Origin: an uncultured candidatus Brocadiaceae bacterium
Lineage (GTDB): Bacteria; Planctomycetota; Brocadiia; SM23-32
Direction: 5' to 3'
Assembly (NCBI GenBank): GCA_964421565.1
Contig: CAYQXJ010000014.1
Span: forward strand, 20,690 to 84,689
Length of the DNA: 64,000 nucleotides
Below the pieces are notes generated by a model. That model saw nothing but the letters and a program-made list of their open reading frames with translations. It made no database searches and had not been told where the DNA came from. Shown piece by piece: positions 47,314-55,645 of the stretch. Positions within the stretch are counted from its first letter, which is position 1. Each line of letters opens with the position of its first letter. The translations under genes and the position numbers were made by a program.

Positions 47314-49770
47314 TCAACTGAGTTCGATGCGCACAGCATGGGGCCCAAGGTCGTTCAGTGGCACACACACGTAGCGCGAAGATTCGACCTGCCGTATCTT
47401 GACGGCAGCCGCCTCGCCGTCCACTGTGACCGACTTGACCCCGGTATCCTCCGGCAGCAGCCAACGGAAGTCCACCTCATCGGCGCTGCCGGCCACGCGC
47501 ATTGTGGCTGATTTGCCCTCGGCATCGTACTGGTAGCACACGTAGCCTCCCGAGGCGGGATACTTGACGGTGACCGCGGCCTCCTGAACACCCGCAGCGC
47601 TCCAGCGGGGCGCAACCAGCGCCTTGTCGAAGGCGACGCCGCTGTCCTTCACTCCCGCCAGGCCCTCTACCAGCGCGTAGAGCACGGCGGCGGCGCCCCA
47701 GTTGTCGGGTATGCCAAAGGAGACGTCGCCGGGGTCGAACCAGACCGGCGCGTCGCAGAGCGTGATGCCGAGCACGGGCCAGAACGCGCCGCTCTCGGTG
47801 GCATGCAGAGTCAGGTGGTCGACCAGCTTCTTCGGCTCGGGGTTGTCCCATCCGTAGACGTAGCAGCCCACATTCGGGAACACGTCGTTAGGTCCCCACC
47901 AGGCCACCTCGCACCTCTTCTTGCCGTGCCGGCCCGGATTCGGTGCGCTGGGCAGCCACCAGCCGTTCAGGTGCTGGCCCTTCATGATGTATTCGCTGTG
48001 CGTGGTTCCGTCGGCGTAGCTCACCTCCAGCAGGCCGATCGGGTTCTCGCCGCCGGCAGTGTGCAGGAAGTAGATGGAGGCGGCCGCCTGGCCGACTGGC
48101 ACGGTGCACTCGCCGTGGTAGCCCTCGCGATTCATCATGGTGACGACGGTCCGCCGGCCGTTCTCGGCCGGGTCGATTACATCGAAGGGGATGCCTTCGA
48201 AGGTCTGCTTGCCGGTGGGCATGTGGGCGAAATCATTGCCCGCTTCACCGCTCCATCCAGGGACCTCTTCGGCGCCTTCGCCGCGCAGATCGACGTTTGC
48301 CTGCTCACGCAGGTCGAGCGTGGTGAAGCTGCGCTCGGGTTCCTCGGGCAGGGCGCCCTTCAGGCAGCAGGGCAGATAGTCTCGATGGTCCTTGCCCCAG
48401 TTGCGTACGCGCTCCAGGATGTCCGCGCCGTACTCCTCGAACCCGTGCTCGAAAGCGCCGTGCGCCAGTTCGCCGGCGACGATTGTGGTAACGCCGCCGT
48501 TCATGTACTCCCACTTGGAGCCGTGCCCGCCGAAGCCCCGCTCGAAGGGCGGGAAGATCTGATAGAACTCGCCCGGGGAACTCTCCGGCATCTGTTCGCG
48601 AATGCGCCGGTAGGCTTCGATGATGCGGACGCACTGCTCGTGGTCTATGCCGCGGTTCAGGGCGTAGGCGTTCGAAAGGCTGACCTGTTTCGACTGGTCG
48701 ACGCCTAGGTCACGCTCGACATCTGAGTCCTCGGGAACATGGTGAGTGAAGAACTCGCCGTTCCAGCAGACGCTGTCGAGTCGCTCCTTGAGCGTGTCAG
48801 CGAGCTGCGCGTATTCCCTCGCCTCGCTGTCGCGACCGACGTGTGCGAGCATCTCGGCCAGGTAGCAACAGCCGGCGATCATGCCGGTGTTGTCGCCGTG
48901 CATGATGCCGAAGCGCGACTTCTCGGGGTGCACCACCATGCTGTAGCCCGTCCGCGCGGCGTCTTCCTCCGCCTGGAAGTCCCAGGTGTCAATGGTGAAG
49001 CCGCGCTTGAGCAGGCCGTACTTCTCGCTCCAGCGGTACTCGTCGGTGGTGGAGTAGTGGACGGCCTTCATGGCGCTGTCGAGCAGGCCGGCCATCCAGT
49101 CGTCGTCGCCGGTTGCCTTCCAGGTGTAGTAGAGGCCCTCGAGGTAGAGGTACTCGACATCGTTCTCGACCGGTATGCGTTCCATGCGTTCGCGACCATC
49201 GTTGATCTTGGTGATGAATCCGCCGGGGCCGAACCAGTGGTCGCGGTGCGTGGGACGGGGATAGTTGTGCTCGTTGCTGATCTTGTCGAAGACCATCCCG
49301 TCGTCGCGCTGTGTGTCGGCATACATCTCGATGCCGGTTTCCAGGTCAGGGTAGTAATACTTCATGCCCTTCAGCGTGTGGACATGGTCGCGCAGCCAGC
49401 GGACGAAGAACTTGTAGACCTTCTCGTCGATGCGGAACGCGCCGGTCTCGCCGTGCCAACCCACCATGGTCCAGTAGCAGATGTCGAGCAGATCGGAGAA
49501 TCGGCCTGATGATTCGCGGATTGTGGTCGTGCAGTCGAGCTCGAAGCTCGTTGTCTGCTGGACGCGGGCCTCGGCGTCCTCGCAGGTGACGGTGTGGGTC
49601 CCCAGCGCCCCGGAGGCTATGAACTGGAAGGGGTCGGACGCCTCCCGGCGGGTATACTCGCGGCCCCGGCCGTCCCGGACAACGACGACGCCTTCCGCAG
49701 CCCCTGTGACGGTAACTTCGTCGAGGGGACGAAAGCGAGGTTGAGCAGCTTCGGTCTGAATGGACAGCAT
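47314..49770 (-). CDS. Putative six-hairpin (alpha/alpha)6 glycoside hydrolase, paralog A
   Basis: Same motif set as the neighbouring gene; GGAGG RBS; no signal peptide. Confidence 0.7.
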   Translation of the reverse strand: MLSIQTEAAQPRFRPLDEVTVTGAAEGVVVVRDGRGREYTRREASDPFQFIASGALGTHTVTCEDAEARVQQTTSFELDCTTTIRESSGRFSDLLDICYWTMVGWHGETGAFRIDEKVYKFFVRWLRDHVHTLKGMKYYYPDLETGIEMYADTQRDDGMVFDKISNEHNYPRPTHRDHWFGPGGFITKINDGRERMERIPVENDVEYLYLEGLYYTWKATGDDDWMAGLLDSAMKAVHYSTTDEYRWSEKYGLLKRGFTIDTWDFQAEEDAARTGYSMVVHPEKSRFGIMHGDNTGMIAGCCYLAEMLAHVGRDSEAREYAQLADTLKERLDSVCWNGEFFTHHVPEDSDVERDLGVDQSKQVSLSNAYALNRGIDHEQCVRIIEAYRRIREQMPESSPGEFYQIFPPFERGFGGHGSKWEYMNGGVTTIVAGELAHGAFEHGFEEYGADILERVRNWGKDHRDYLPCCLKGALPEEPERSFTTLDLREQANVDLRGEGAEEVPGWSGEAGNDFAHMPTGKQTFEGIPFDVIDPAENGRRTVVTMMNREGYHGECTVPVGQAAASIYFLHTAGGENPIGLLEVSYADGTTHSEYIMKGQHLNGWWLPSAPNPGRHGKKRCEVAWWGPNDVFPNVGCYVYGWDNPEPKKLVDHLTLHATESGAFWPVLGITLCDAPVWFDPGDVSFGIPDNWGAAAVLYALVEGLAGVKDSGVAFDKALVAPRWSAAGVQEAAVTVKYPASGGYVCYQYDAEGKSATMRVAGSADEVDFRWLLPEDTGVKSVTVDGEAAAVKIRQVESSRYVCVPLNDLGPHAVRIELS

Positions 49771-49905
49771 GGCGAGACCTCCCTCTCCGATGGGCGTGGA
49801 TGCAATGGCCTGTGCTTGTGACGTCTATCCCTTAGGGAAAACCATTTGAGCACGATAGGACGATAGGGCGCGGCAAGCAAGCGCATACCGGCCCGGGGGG
49901 CCGTG

Positions 49906-51219
49906 TTAGCGGGCCTGCCGTGTGTTGGACTCGGACTGTCGGCGTCCCGTCAGCCACCAGACGGTGGTCGCTTCCGATGCGAACCCGACGACGAGCATTG
50001 CTGCTGCCGTTACGTGGTTGTAACATCCGGCGGCCACCAGCAGGCCGGCCCCTACCAGGATGCCGAGGTTGCGGTTGACGGAGCCGAAGAACATGGCGCT
50101 CGTGCGCCGATGGATCATGGCCAGTCCGTGGTAGTAGTTGCGCCAGGCAACCACCGCGGGCACCAGGCAGAGAACCCAGAGCGCCTGCCGCGCCATGACG
50201 AGCGTGCGGCCCGTCGCCCCCTGCATCTCCCGCAGAAACCACTCGGCGAACGGGGTGGCCACGGCCAGCAGCATCAGCAGGGTCACCGCCAGCGCGACTC
50301 GACGCATGAACACTCGCACGCCGGCAAGGTCGCGCCGGTCGAAGGTCACCAGCAGGTGCCGGAACTGGTTGATAGCGGACTGGAAGACCATGCCGAGGGT
50401 AAAGGCCAGTGAAATGCCTGCCACCATGGCGTCCAGGGGCTCCGGGTCGGGCCCGTGATCCGAACCGAGACCGGTCAGAAAGGCGAAGATGATCGGCCGG
50501 CTGAGGGTGAACATGACGCTGGTGGCGACCATGGGCAAGTAGTACGCAGATATCTCGCTCACTGCGAGCCGGCTGTCTTCCTGCGGAGCGTGGTGCTCAT
50601 GGAAGGATGCCACCAACAGTCCGCCGAGCAGAAGCTGAGCCGACTGGGGCAGCAGCAGGGAAAGGCTGAGAGTGACCACGGGGCTCCATGCCAGCGCGAT
50701 CCCCGTCGCCAACACCCCGATCATGAGGGCGAGGTTGAAGGCCTTCAGCAGCGTCACGCTGCCGGTCCGGTGCGCCTGGATGAGCAGCCCGATGAAGAAC
50801 GACGAGGCGCCGCCGATGACGATCAGAGGGGTGAACCAGCGCAGGTAGGCGCAGATGAGCGAGATTCGCTCCGGCCCCACGTTATAGATGAACGGTAGCA
50901 GCGCCGGGCCCAGGGGCGTCCAGCCCAGCGCCACCAGTGGCAGCGTAGAGATGATGCACAGCCCGACCAGAAACCGCAGCAGCGCGCGGGCCGAATGCGG
51001 GCCGCGCACCAGCACGTTCGCCGCCTGGGGGATGAAACCCAGCGCCGCCCGGAAGGGACTGTAAACGGCGAGGGCGAGGGCGAAGACGGCCAGTTCCCGC
51101 ACGCCTTCATCGTATCCGAGAAGCACGTAGTTCTGACCGAAGTGCCCCGCCAGGATCACGACACCTATCAGGCTCAGGGGCCAGTAAAACCGCCAGAACC
51201 TGCCTTGTGCAGAACTCAC
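49906..51219 (-). CDS. MATE/MOP-superfamily membrane transporter
   Basis: About 12 hydrophobic segments in two repeats (FWRFYWPL... and ISAYYLPM...). Confidence 0.7.
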   Translation of the reverse strand: MSSAQGRFWRFYWPLSLIGVVILAGHFGQNYVLLGYDEGVRELAVFALALAVYSPFRAALGFIPQAANVLVRGPHSARALLRFLVGLCIISTLPLVALGWTPLGPALLPFIYNVGPERISLICAYLRWFTPLIVIGGASSFFIGLLIQAHRTGSVTLLKAFNLALMIGVLATGIALAWSPVVTLSLSLLLPQSAQLLLGGLLVASFHEHHAPQEDSRLAVSEISAYYLPMVATSVMFTLSRPIIFAFLTGLGSDHGPDPEPLDAMVAGISLAFTLGMVFQSAINQFRHLLVTFDRRDLAGVRVFMRRVALAVTLLMLLAVATPFAEWFLREMQGATGRTLVMARQALWVLCLVPAVVAWRNYYHGLAMIHRRTSAMFFGSVNRNLGILVGAGLLVAAGCYNHVTAAAMLVVGFASEATTVWWLTGRRQSESNTRQAR

Positions 51220-51227
51220 TGGCCTGG

Positions 51228-51303
51228 CCCCATTCTATGTCCCACTTGCTATGAGAGAGTGTTGCTGTTTCGGGCGCGCGTGTTGCGGAAGGACGAGGGA
51301 ACC
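51228..51303. repeat. 76-bp direct repeat, copy 1
   Basis: 71 of 76 positions identical to 52844-52919 by manual alignment; immediately upstream of the MATE gene. Confidence 0.92.
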
Positions 51304-51429
51304 GAGCCCTGGAGGAAAATACGCGCCTCGGCAAACTCCTGCTGGGTACGGCGAGGTTTCTGGGGCTCCATAGCCTGCCACTGTTGCAGATCGTCCATCG
51401 GGCGGCAGCCCCAGCCGTGCAGCCGCTCA

Positions 51430-51530
51430 GGGCCGGGAAAGTGAGTGTGCCCGCAGAGCACAGTATCGCACCCGGCCGCCTACATCCAGCCGCCGATAGT
51501 CGGTATCTCGGGCATGGTGTGCTCCGTGTG
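51430..51530 (-). pseudogene. Possible metallophosphoesterase fragment
   Basis: Minus frame reads ...IGGWM*AAGCDTVLCGHTHFP: a calcineurin-like GHTH motif preceded by an in-frame TAG. Confidence 0.35.
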
Positions 51531-51538
51531 GCCTTGCT

Positions 51539-52744
51539 CTATGCGTCGAAGTTCTGAAGGTATTCGCTGAGCGCCGGGGTATCCAGCGTGCGCTCGATCA
51601 GGAATACGGCGCTCTTGTCCGAGGGCACGGCCATGTAGACGCAAACGTACTGGACGCCCTTTTCCGCGTCGATGCAGGTGCCGGCCGGATAGTGCCCGTC
51701 GATCTCGCCAAATTTGCCTTCACGTCGCAGCAAAGTGCCCTCGAAGCGCCATTGGGCGTTACCGGCGAACAGCTCGTCCGGCGCGATACTCCACAGGTTC
51801 ACGGAGATACATGGGGCAGCCTCATGCCCGGGGCCGCCGCCCCCGCGGTTGCCGGCGACGCACTCATAACGTCCCGTCACAGGATTGTGGATGAGCGCCG
51901 TATTGTCGCCCGTCGCGCCGCTCTGCGTGATATTGGTCTCGCCGCAGTGTTCGGGCGGGAGCCAACCGTTCCGGGACCACATCTGGGCATAGGGCCACCC
52001 GGCGCCGTTGGGACCGTTGCGCGTGGCGAACACCAGGGCACCATCGTGGCAGACGGCTGTTGGCTCAGCGGGAACCATGTTCTCCGGCAGGTCGTGGGCT
52101 TCTTCCTCCCAGTGCTCCAGGTCCGTGGAGTACTTGACGATTATGCGGTTCTTCAGGCCGATGCGGTCGTTGCCCGGGTTGGCCAGGATGAGCAGGCCCT
52201 TCTGTGGGTGCACGCAGGGCTCGTGGTTCCAGGTGCCAACCTGCGACAACGCGGCCAGGTTGTTCGGCACCGTCTCCCAGGTCTCCCCCTCGTCAGGGGA
52301 CCGGAAGACGCCCCGCCCGCAGACGACGATCGCATCGCCCGAATACTCGCAGACGAATCCGCCCCAGCCGAGCGTTCCGATGGGTTCAGTCGCCCCAAGC
52401 TCATGATCAATGCGCCGCAGGGGCGACCACGTCCGGCCGCCGTCGCCTGAGCGCACGATGGCGGCGCGGCTGGTGTCGGGATTGCTCTTCTGTTCATCCC
52501 CACCAAAGTGGAACCGGCGGGTGATGACCCAGACAAGAAGCGTGTCTCCGACACGGGCCACCACGTTGCCGCTGTAGTGGTCGTTGCCGTTGATGACGTT
52601 GTCGCCGACCGGCCAGATGGCCGGCCACAGGCGCAGCAGGTCGTCGCCTTCCCGGTATTTCGCCTTCTCGGCGTTGCTGAAGTGCATCAGGTATTCGGCC
52701 AGTGGTTCGTCCAGCCAGTCGTAGCTTACATCTGTTCGGCGCAT
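51539..52744 (-). CDS. BNR/Asp-box beta-propeller protein (sialidase-like)
   Basis: Asp boxes RSGDGGRTWS, RSPDEGETWE and STDLEHW; start set to MRRTD. Confidence 0.75.
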   Translation of the reverse strand: MRRTDVSYDWLDEPLAEYLMHFSNAEKAKYREGDDLLRLWPAIWPVGDNVINGNDHYSGNVVARVGDTLLVWVITRRFHFGGDEQKSNPDTSRAAIVRSGDGGRTWSPLRRIDHELGATEPIGTLGWGGFVCEYSGDAIVVCGRGVFRSPDEGETWETVPNNLAALSQVGTWNHEPCVHPQKGLLILANPGNDRIGLKNRIIVKYSTDLEHWEEEAHDLPENMVPAEPTAVCHDGALVFATRNGPNGAGWPYAQMWSRNGWLPPEHCGETNITQSGATGDNTALIHNPVTGRYECVAGNRGGGGPGHEAAPCISVNLWSIAPDELFAGNAQWRFEGTLLRREGKFGEIDGHYPAGTCIDAEKGVQYVCVYMAVPSDKSAVFLIERTLDTPALSEYLQNFDA

Positions 52745-52843
52745 GATCACTCCCTGATCGGTAAAAGACATCTTCAGTAGCGGGCGGTCTGGGGCGGGCC
52801 GGTGTCGATGGCCAGCGCCACTTCGTCGAAGCAGCTGGGCTGC

Positions 52844-52919
52844 CCCCATTCTATGTTCCACTTGCTATGCGAGAGTGTTGCTGTTCCGGGCGCGCGTGTT
52901 GCGCAAGGGCGAGGGAACC
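52844..52919. repeat. 76-bp direct repeat, copy 2
   Basis: See copy 1; about 100 nt upstream of the BNR gene. Confidence 0.92.
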
Positions 52920-52980
52920 ACGTGCCAGCGCCCCACAGTAACAAAGCCTTCCGCCCATGTCAACTTTCCGGCCGATTCCG

Positions 52981-53008
52981 TTGCAGCCGCACCGACCGGC
53001 CCTACAAT
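52981..53008 (+). promoter_or_regulatory. Candidate sigma70 promoter
   Basis: TTGCAG, 16 nt, TACAAT, upstream of the gene starting at 53053. Confidence 0.5.
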
Positions 53009-53052
53009 GCCGGAACAGTGCACCCCCTGCTGTAGCCGAAGGAGCGCAAGGA

Positions 53053-53850
53053 ATGGCCATCGCATGCTCGACCAGCGCTTTCCGCGTGCCACTGGATGAG
53101 GCCCTGCGGCAGGTTGCCGAGCTGGGTTTCAACTACGTGGACCTGATCACCATCCCCGGCTGGGATCATATCCAGCCCGATGCCCTGGCAGAGGATCTCG
53201 AGGCGACCGCTGAGCGCGTGGAGATGCTGCTGCGGAAGCACGACCTGACGGCCGTGGCGATGAACGTGGGCATACCCGCCACCTATGACCGCAGCGCGGA
53301 GGCGTCTGCCGCCCGCCTGGCGCAGGTACGGGGCGTGGCGGGGCTTATGCAGCGGCTTGCCATCGGGGTCGCCTCGTTCTATCCCGGCTATAAGGTCGAG
53401 GACAGGCCCTGGAAGGAAGTGCTGGCGGCGTCGGCGGAGACGTTCGAGGAGATGCTGGAGATCGCCGACGATGCCGGCGTGACCTTCGCCGTCGAGCTGC
53501 ACTACGGCACGCCCTACCAGACGCTGGGCCAATGTGCCGGCCTGCTCGATGCCGTGCCGGGGCTCGGGGTGGCATACGACCCCAGCCACTTCGCCATGCA
53601 GTGCGTTGCGCTCGGCGAGACGGGCTTCATCCTGGACCGCACGGTGCACGTGCACCTGCGCGACGCGGCGCCAGATCAGATGTTCGTGCCTCTCGGGGAA
53701 GGGACGGTGGATGTCGACTGGATCGTCGAGTCATTGCTCGAACGCGGGTATGACGGGCATTTCTCCATGGAGTACCTGAAGCTGCACGATGGAGCCCGCA
53801 GGGAGCTGATCCGGCTGCGGAACATGGTGGCCGCGCACCTGGGGGAGTGA
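53053..53850 (+). CDS. Sugar phosphate isomerase/epimerase (xylose-isomerase-like TIM barrel)
   Basis: AVELH, YDPSH, HVHLRD, PLGEG.VD, GYDG.FSMEY; AAGGAG RBS. Confidence 0.88.
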   Translation: MAIACSTSAFRVPLDEALRQVAELGFNYVDLITIPGWDHIQPDALAEDLEATAERVEMLLRKHDLTAVAMNVGIPATYDRSAEASAARLAQVRGVAGLMQRLAIGVASFYPGYKVEDRPWKEVLAASAETFEEMLEIADDAGVTFAVELHYGTPYQTLGQCAGLLDAVPGLGVAYDPSHFAMQCVALGETGFILDRTVHVHLRDAAPDQMFVPLGEGTVDVDWIVESLLERGYDGHFSMEYLKLHDGARRELIRLRNMVAAHLGE

Positions 53851-53863
53851 CACGCCGAGGCGC

Positions 53864-54379
53864 TCACTCTTGCTCAGCAGAGGATTCCTGTGCCGGCTCG
53901 GCGTCGCCGGAGGGCAAGGCGGAGCGGAACACCCGGCGCACCAGCGCGCGCAGGCCGGTCTCGGTCTCCTGTACCTCTTGTTCCGCCTTCTCCACGGCGC
54001 GCTCCCACGCGGGGGCGAAGCCCGGCGCCTCGACGTTCAGGATGTGGACTGCACGGTCATAGACGTGGAGAGTGCGCAGCTCGGAACGGTCCGGCTTGTT
54101 CTGCAATGTGCGCACCGTGATACGCAGGTTCTCGTTCTGCTTGCGCAGTTCCTCCAGCTCGTCGCGCAGCGCGCGGTTGCCTTCGCCCGTGATCTCCATC
54201 TGCCGATGCAGGTGGGACTTCAGGTCCCTGGCCTGCTCCTCCAACTCCCGCCGCTTGCCGCGCGCTGCCAGCCAGCCCCGGAAGGCGACGCCGAGTCCGG
54301 CGGCCAGGCCCACGGCGAAGCCGATGGTGCCGCCGACGAGGGCGGGATTGTCGCTGAGGGCGCCTATGACCACGCGCAT
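53864..54379 (-). CDS. Membrane-anchored coiled-coil hypothetical protein
   Basis: GGAGG RBS; one N-terminal TM segment, a coiled coil (ELEELRKQNENLR) and APGFAPAWE. Confidence 0.7.
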   Translation of the reverse strand: MRVVIGALSDNPALVGGTIGFAVGLAAGLGVAFRGWLAARGKRRELEEQARDLKSHLHRQMEITGEGNRALRDELEELRKQNENLRITVRTLQNKPDRSELRTLHVYDRAVHILNVEAPGFAPAWERAVEKAEQEVQETETGLRALVRRVFRSALPSGDAEPAQESSAEQE

Positions 54380-54560
54380 GCGCCACCTCCGTTCATAGTA
54401 TCTGGGGTATGGCGTGATTATACGCGGGCTACCCGCTGAGCACAAACCAAGCGCCGCGCCTTGACACCCGCAGCGCGTTGCGGTAATCGTGGGCGGTCTG
54501 CGTTGGAGCAGGACCGAACCCGCCCTCTTACCGTTACCCTACACTCCGGAGCATCACACT

Positions 54561-55607
54561 ATGGCTGGCAAGCTGAAGGTCGGCTGGATCGGCACCGGCG
54601 GCATCGCCGGCTCGCAGGCCCGGCACCTGCTGGAAGAGCGCGATGACGTGGAGATCGTCGCCGGTTGCGACATCAGCGAGGACGCGCTGAAGCGCTTTGC
54701 CGAGAAGTTCGAAGTCAAGCACACGTTTCAGGATTTCCACGAAATGGTGCAGCTCGACGATCTGGACGCCGTCAGCGTCTGCACCCCCAACTTCATGCAC
54801 AAGGAACCGACCGTCGCCGCCCTGGAGGCCGGCAAGCATGTGATGGTCGAGAAGCCGATGGCCATGAGTGCCGCCGAGGCGCAGGCCATGGTCGACGCCG
54901 CCGAGAAGAGCGACGCCACGCTGGTGATGGGCTTCCAATACCGCCTGAGCCCCGGCGCGCAGATGCTGAAGCGCTATGAGCGCGAGGGACAGATCGGCAA
55001 GGTCATGTTTGCCCGCGTGCAGGCCCTGCGGCGCAAGGGCATACCGAACTGGGGCGTCTTCGGGCGCAAGGATCTGCAAGGCGGCGGGCCGCTCATCGAC
55101 ATCGGCGTCCACCTGATCGAGTGTGCCCACTACCTGATGGGGGAGCCCAACCCCGTGGCCGCCTGCGCGCAGACCTATACCTATCTGGGCGATAAGGCGA
55201 GCGATGTGCTCAGCCCATGGGCCGGCTGGGACCACGAGACCTACACCGTTGAGGACCTCGCCGTCGGCTTCATCCGCTTCGAGAACGGGGCAACGATGGC
55301 CATCGAGTCGAGTTACATCGCCCACATCAAGGAGAACAACTTCAACGTGCAGATCATGGGCGAGATGGGCGGATGCACGCTCCATCCGCCACAGGTCTTC
55401 AAGGACGATGCCGGCACCATGGTCAACGTGGAGCCGAACTGGCTGCCCAACTACAACTCCATGGCCCGCAAGATGCGCGACTGGATCGGTCACATTCGCG
55501 GAGAGATCGAGACTGAATGCCCCGCCCGTGCGGGACTCGACGTGCAGAAAATACTTCAGGGACTTTACGACAGCTCCGAGCAGGGCAGGGAAGTGGCGAT
55601 CGACTGA
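54561..55607 (+). CDS. Gfo/Idh/MocA-family oxidoreductase
   Basis: IGTGGIA, CTPN..H, EKPMA, GGGPLIDIGVH. Confidence 0.93.
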   Translation: MAGKLKVGWIGTGGIAGSQARHLLEERDDVEIVAGCDISEDALKRFAEKFEVKHTFQDFHEMVQLDDLDAVSVCTPNFMHKEPTVAALEAGKHVMVEKPMAMSAAEAQAMVDAAEKSDATLVMGFQYRLSPGAQMLKRYEREGQIGKVMFARVQALRRKGIPNWGVFGRKDLQGGGPLIDIGVHLIECAHYLMGEPNPVAACAQTYTYLGDKASDVLSPWAGWDHETYTVEDLAVGFIRFENGATMAIESSYIAHIKENNFNVQIMGEMGGCTLHPPQVFKDDAGTMVNVEPNWLPNYNSMARKMRDWIGHIRGEIETECPARAGLDVQKILQGLYDSSEQGREVAID

Positions 55608-55645
55608 GCAGCCTGCCAGGCCGACCGGCGAGGAGTCTGCCGCCC

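Noticed and set aside
51228-52919. 76-bp repeats as integron attC sites or a CRISPR array
   Set aside because: Only two copies, 1.6 kb apart; no extended internal palindrome with RYYYAAC/GTTRRRY ends; no integrase or cas gene in the window.
54461-54490. Perfect TTGACA upstream of the Gfo/Idh/MocA gene
   Set aside because: No convincing TAnnnT at 16-18 nt spacing, so it is not reported as a promoter.
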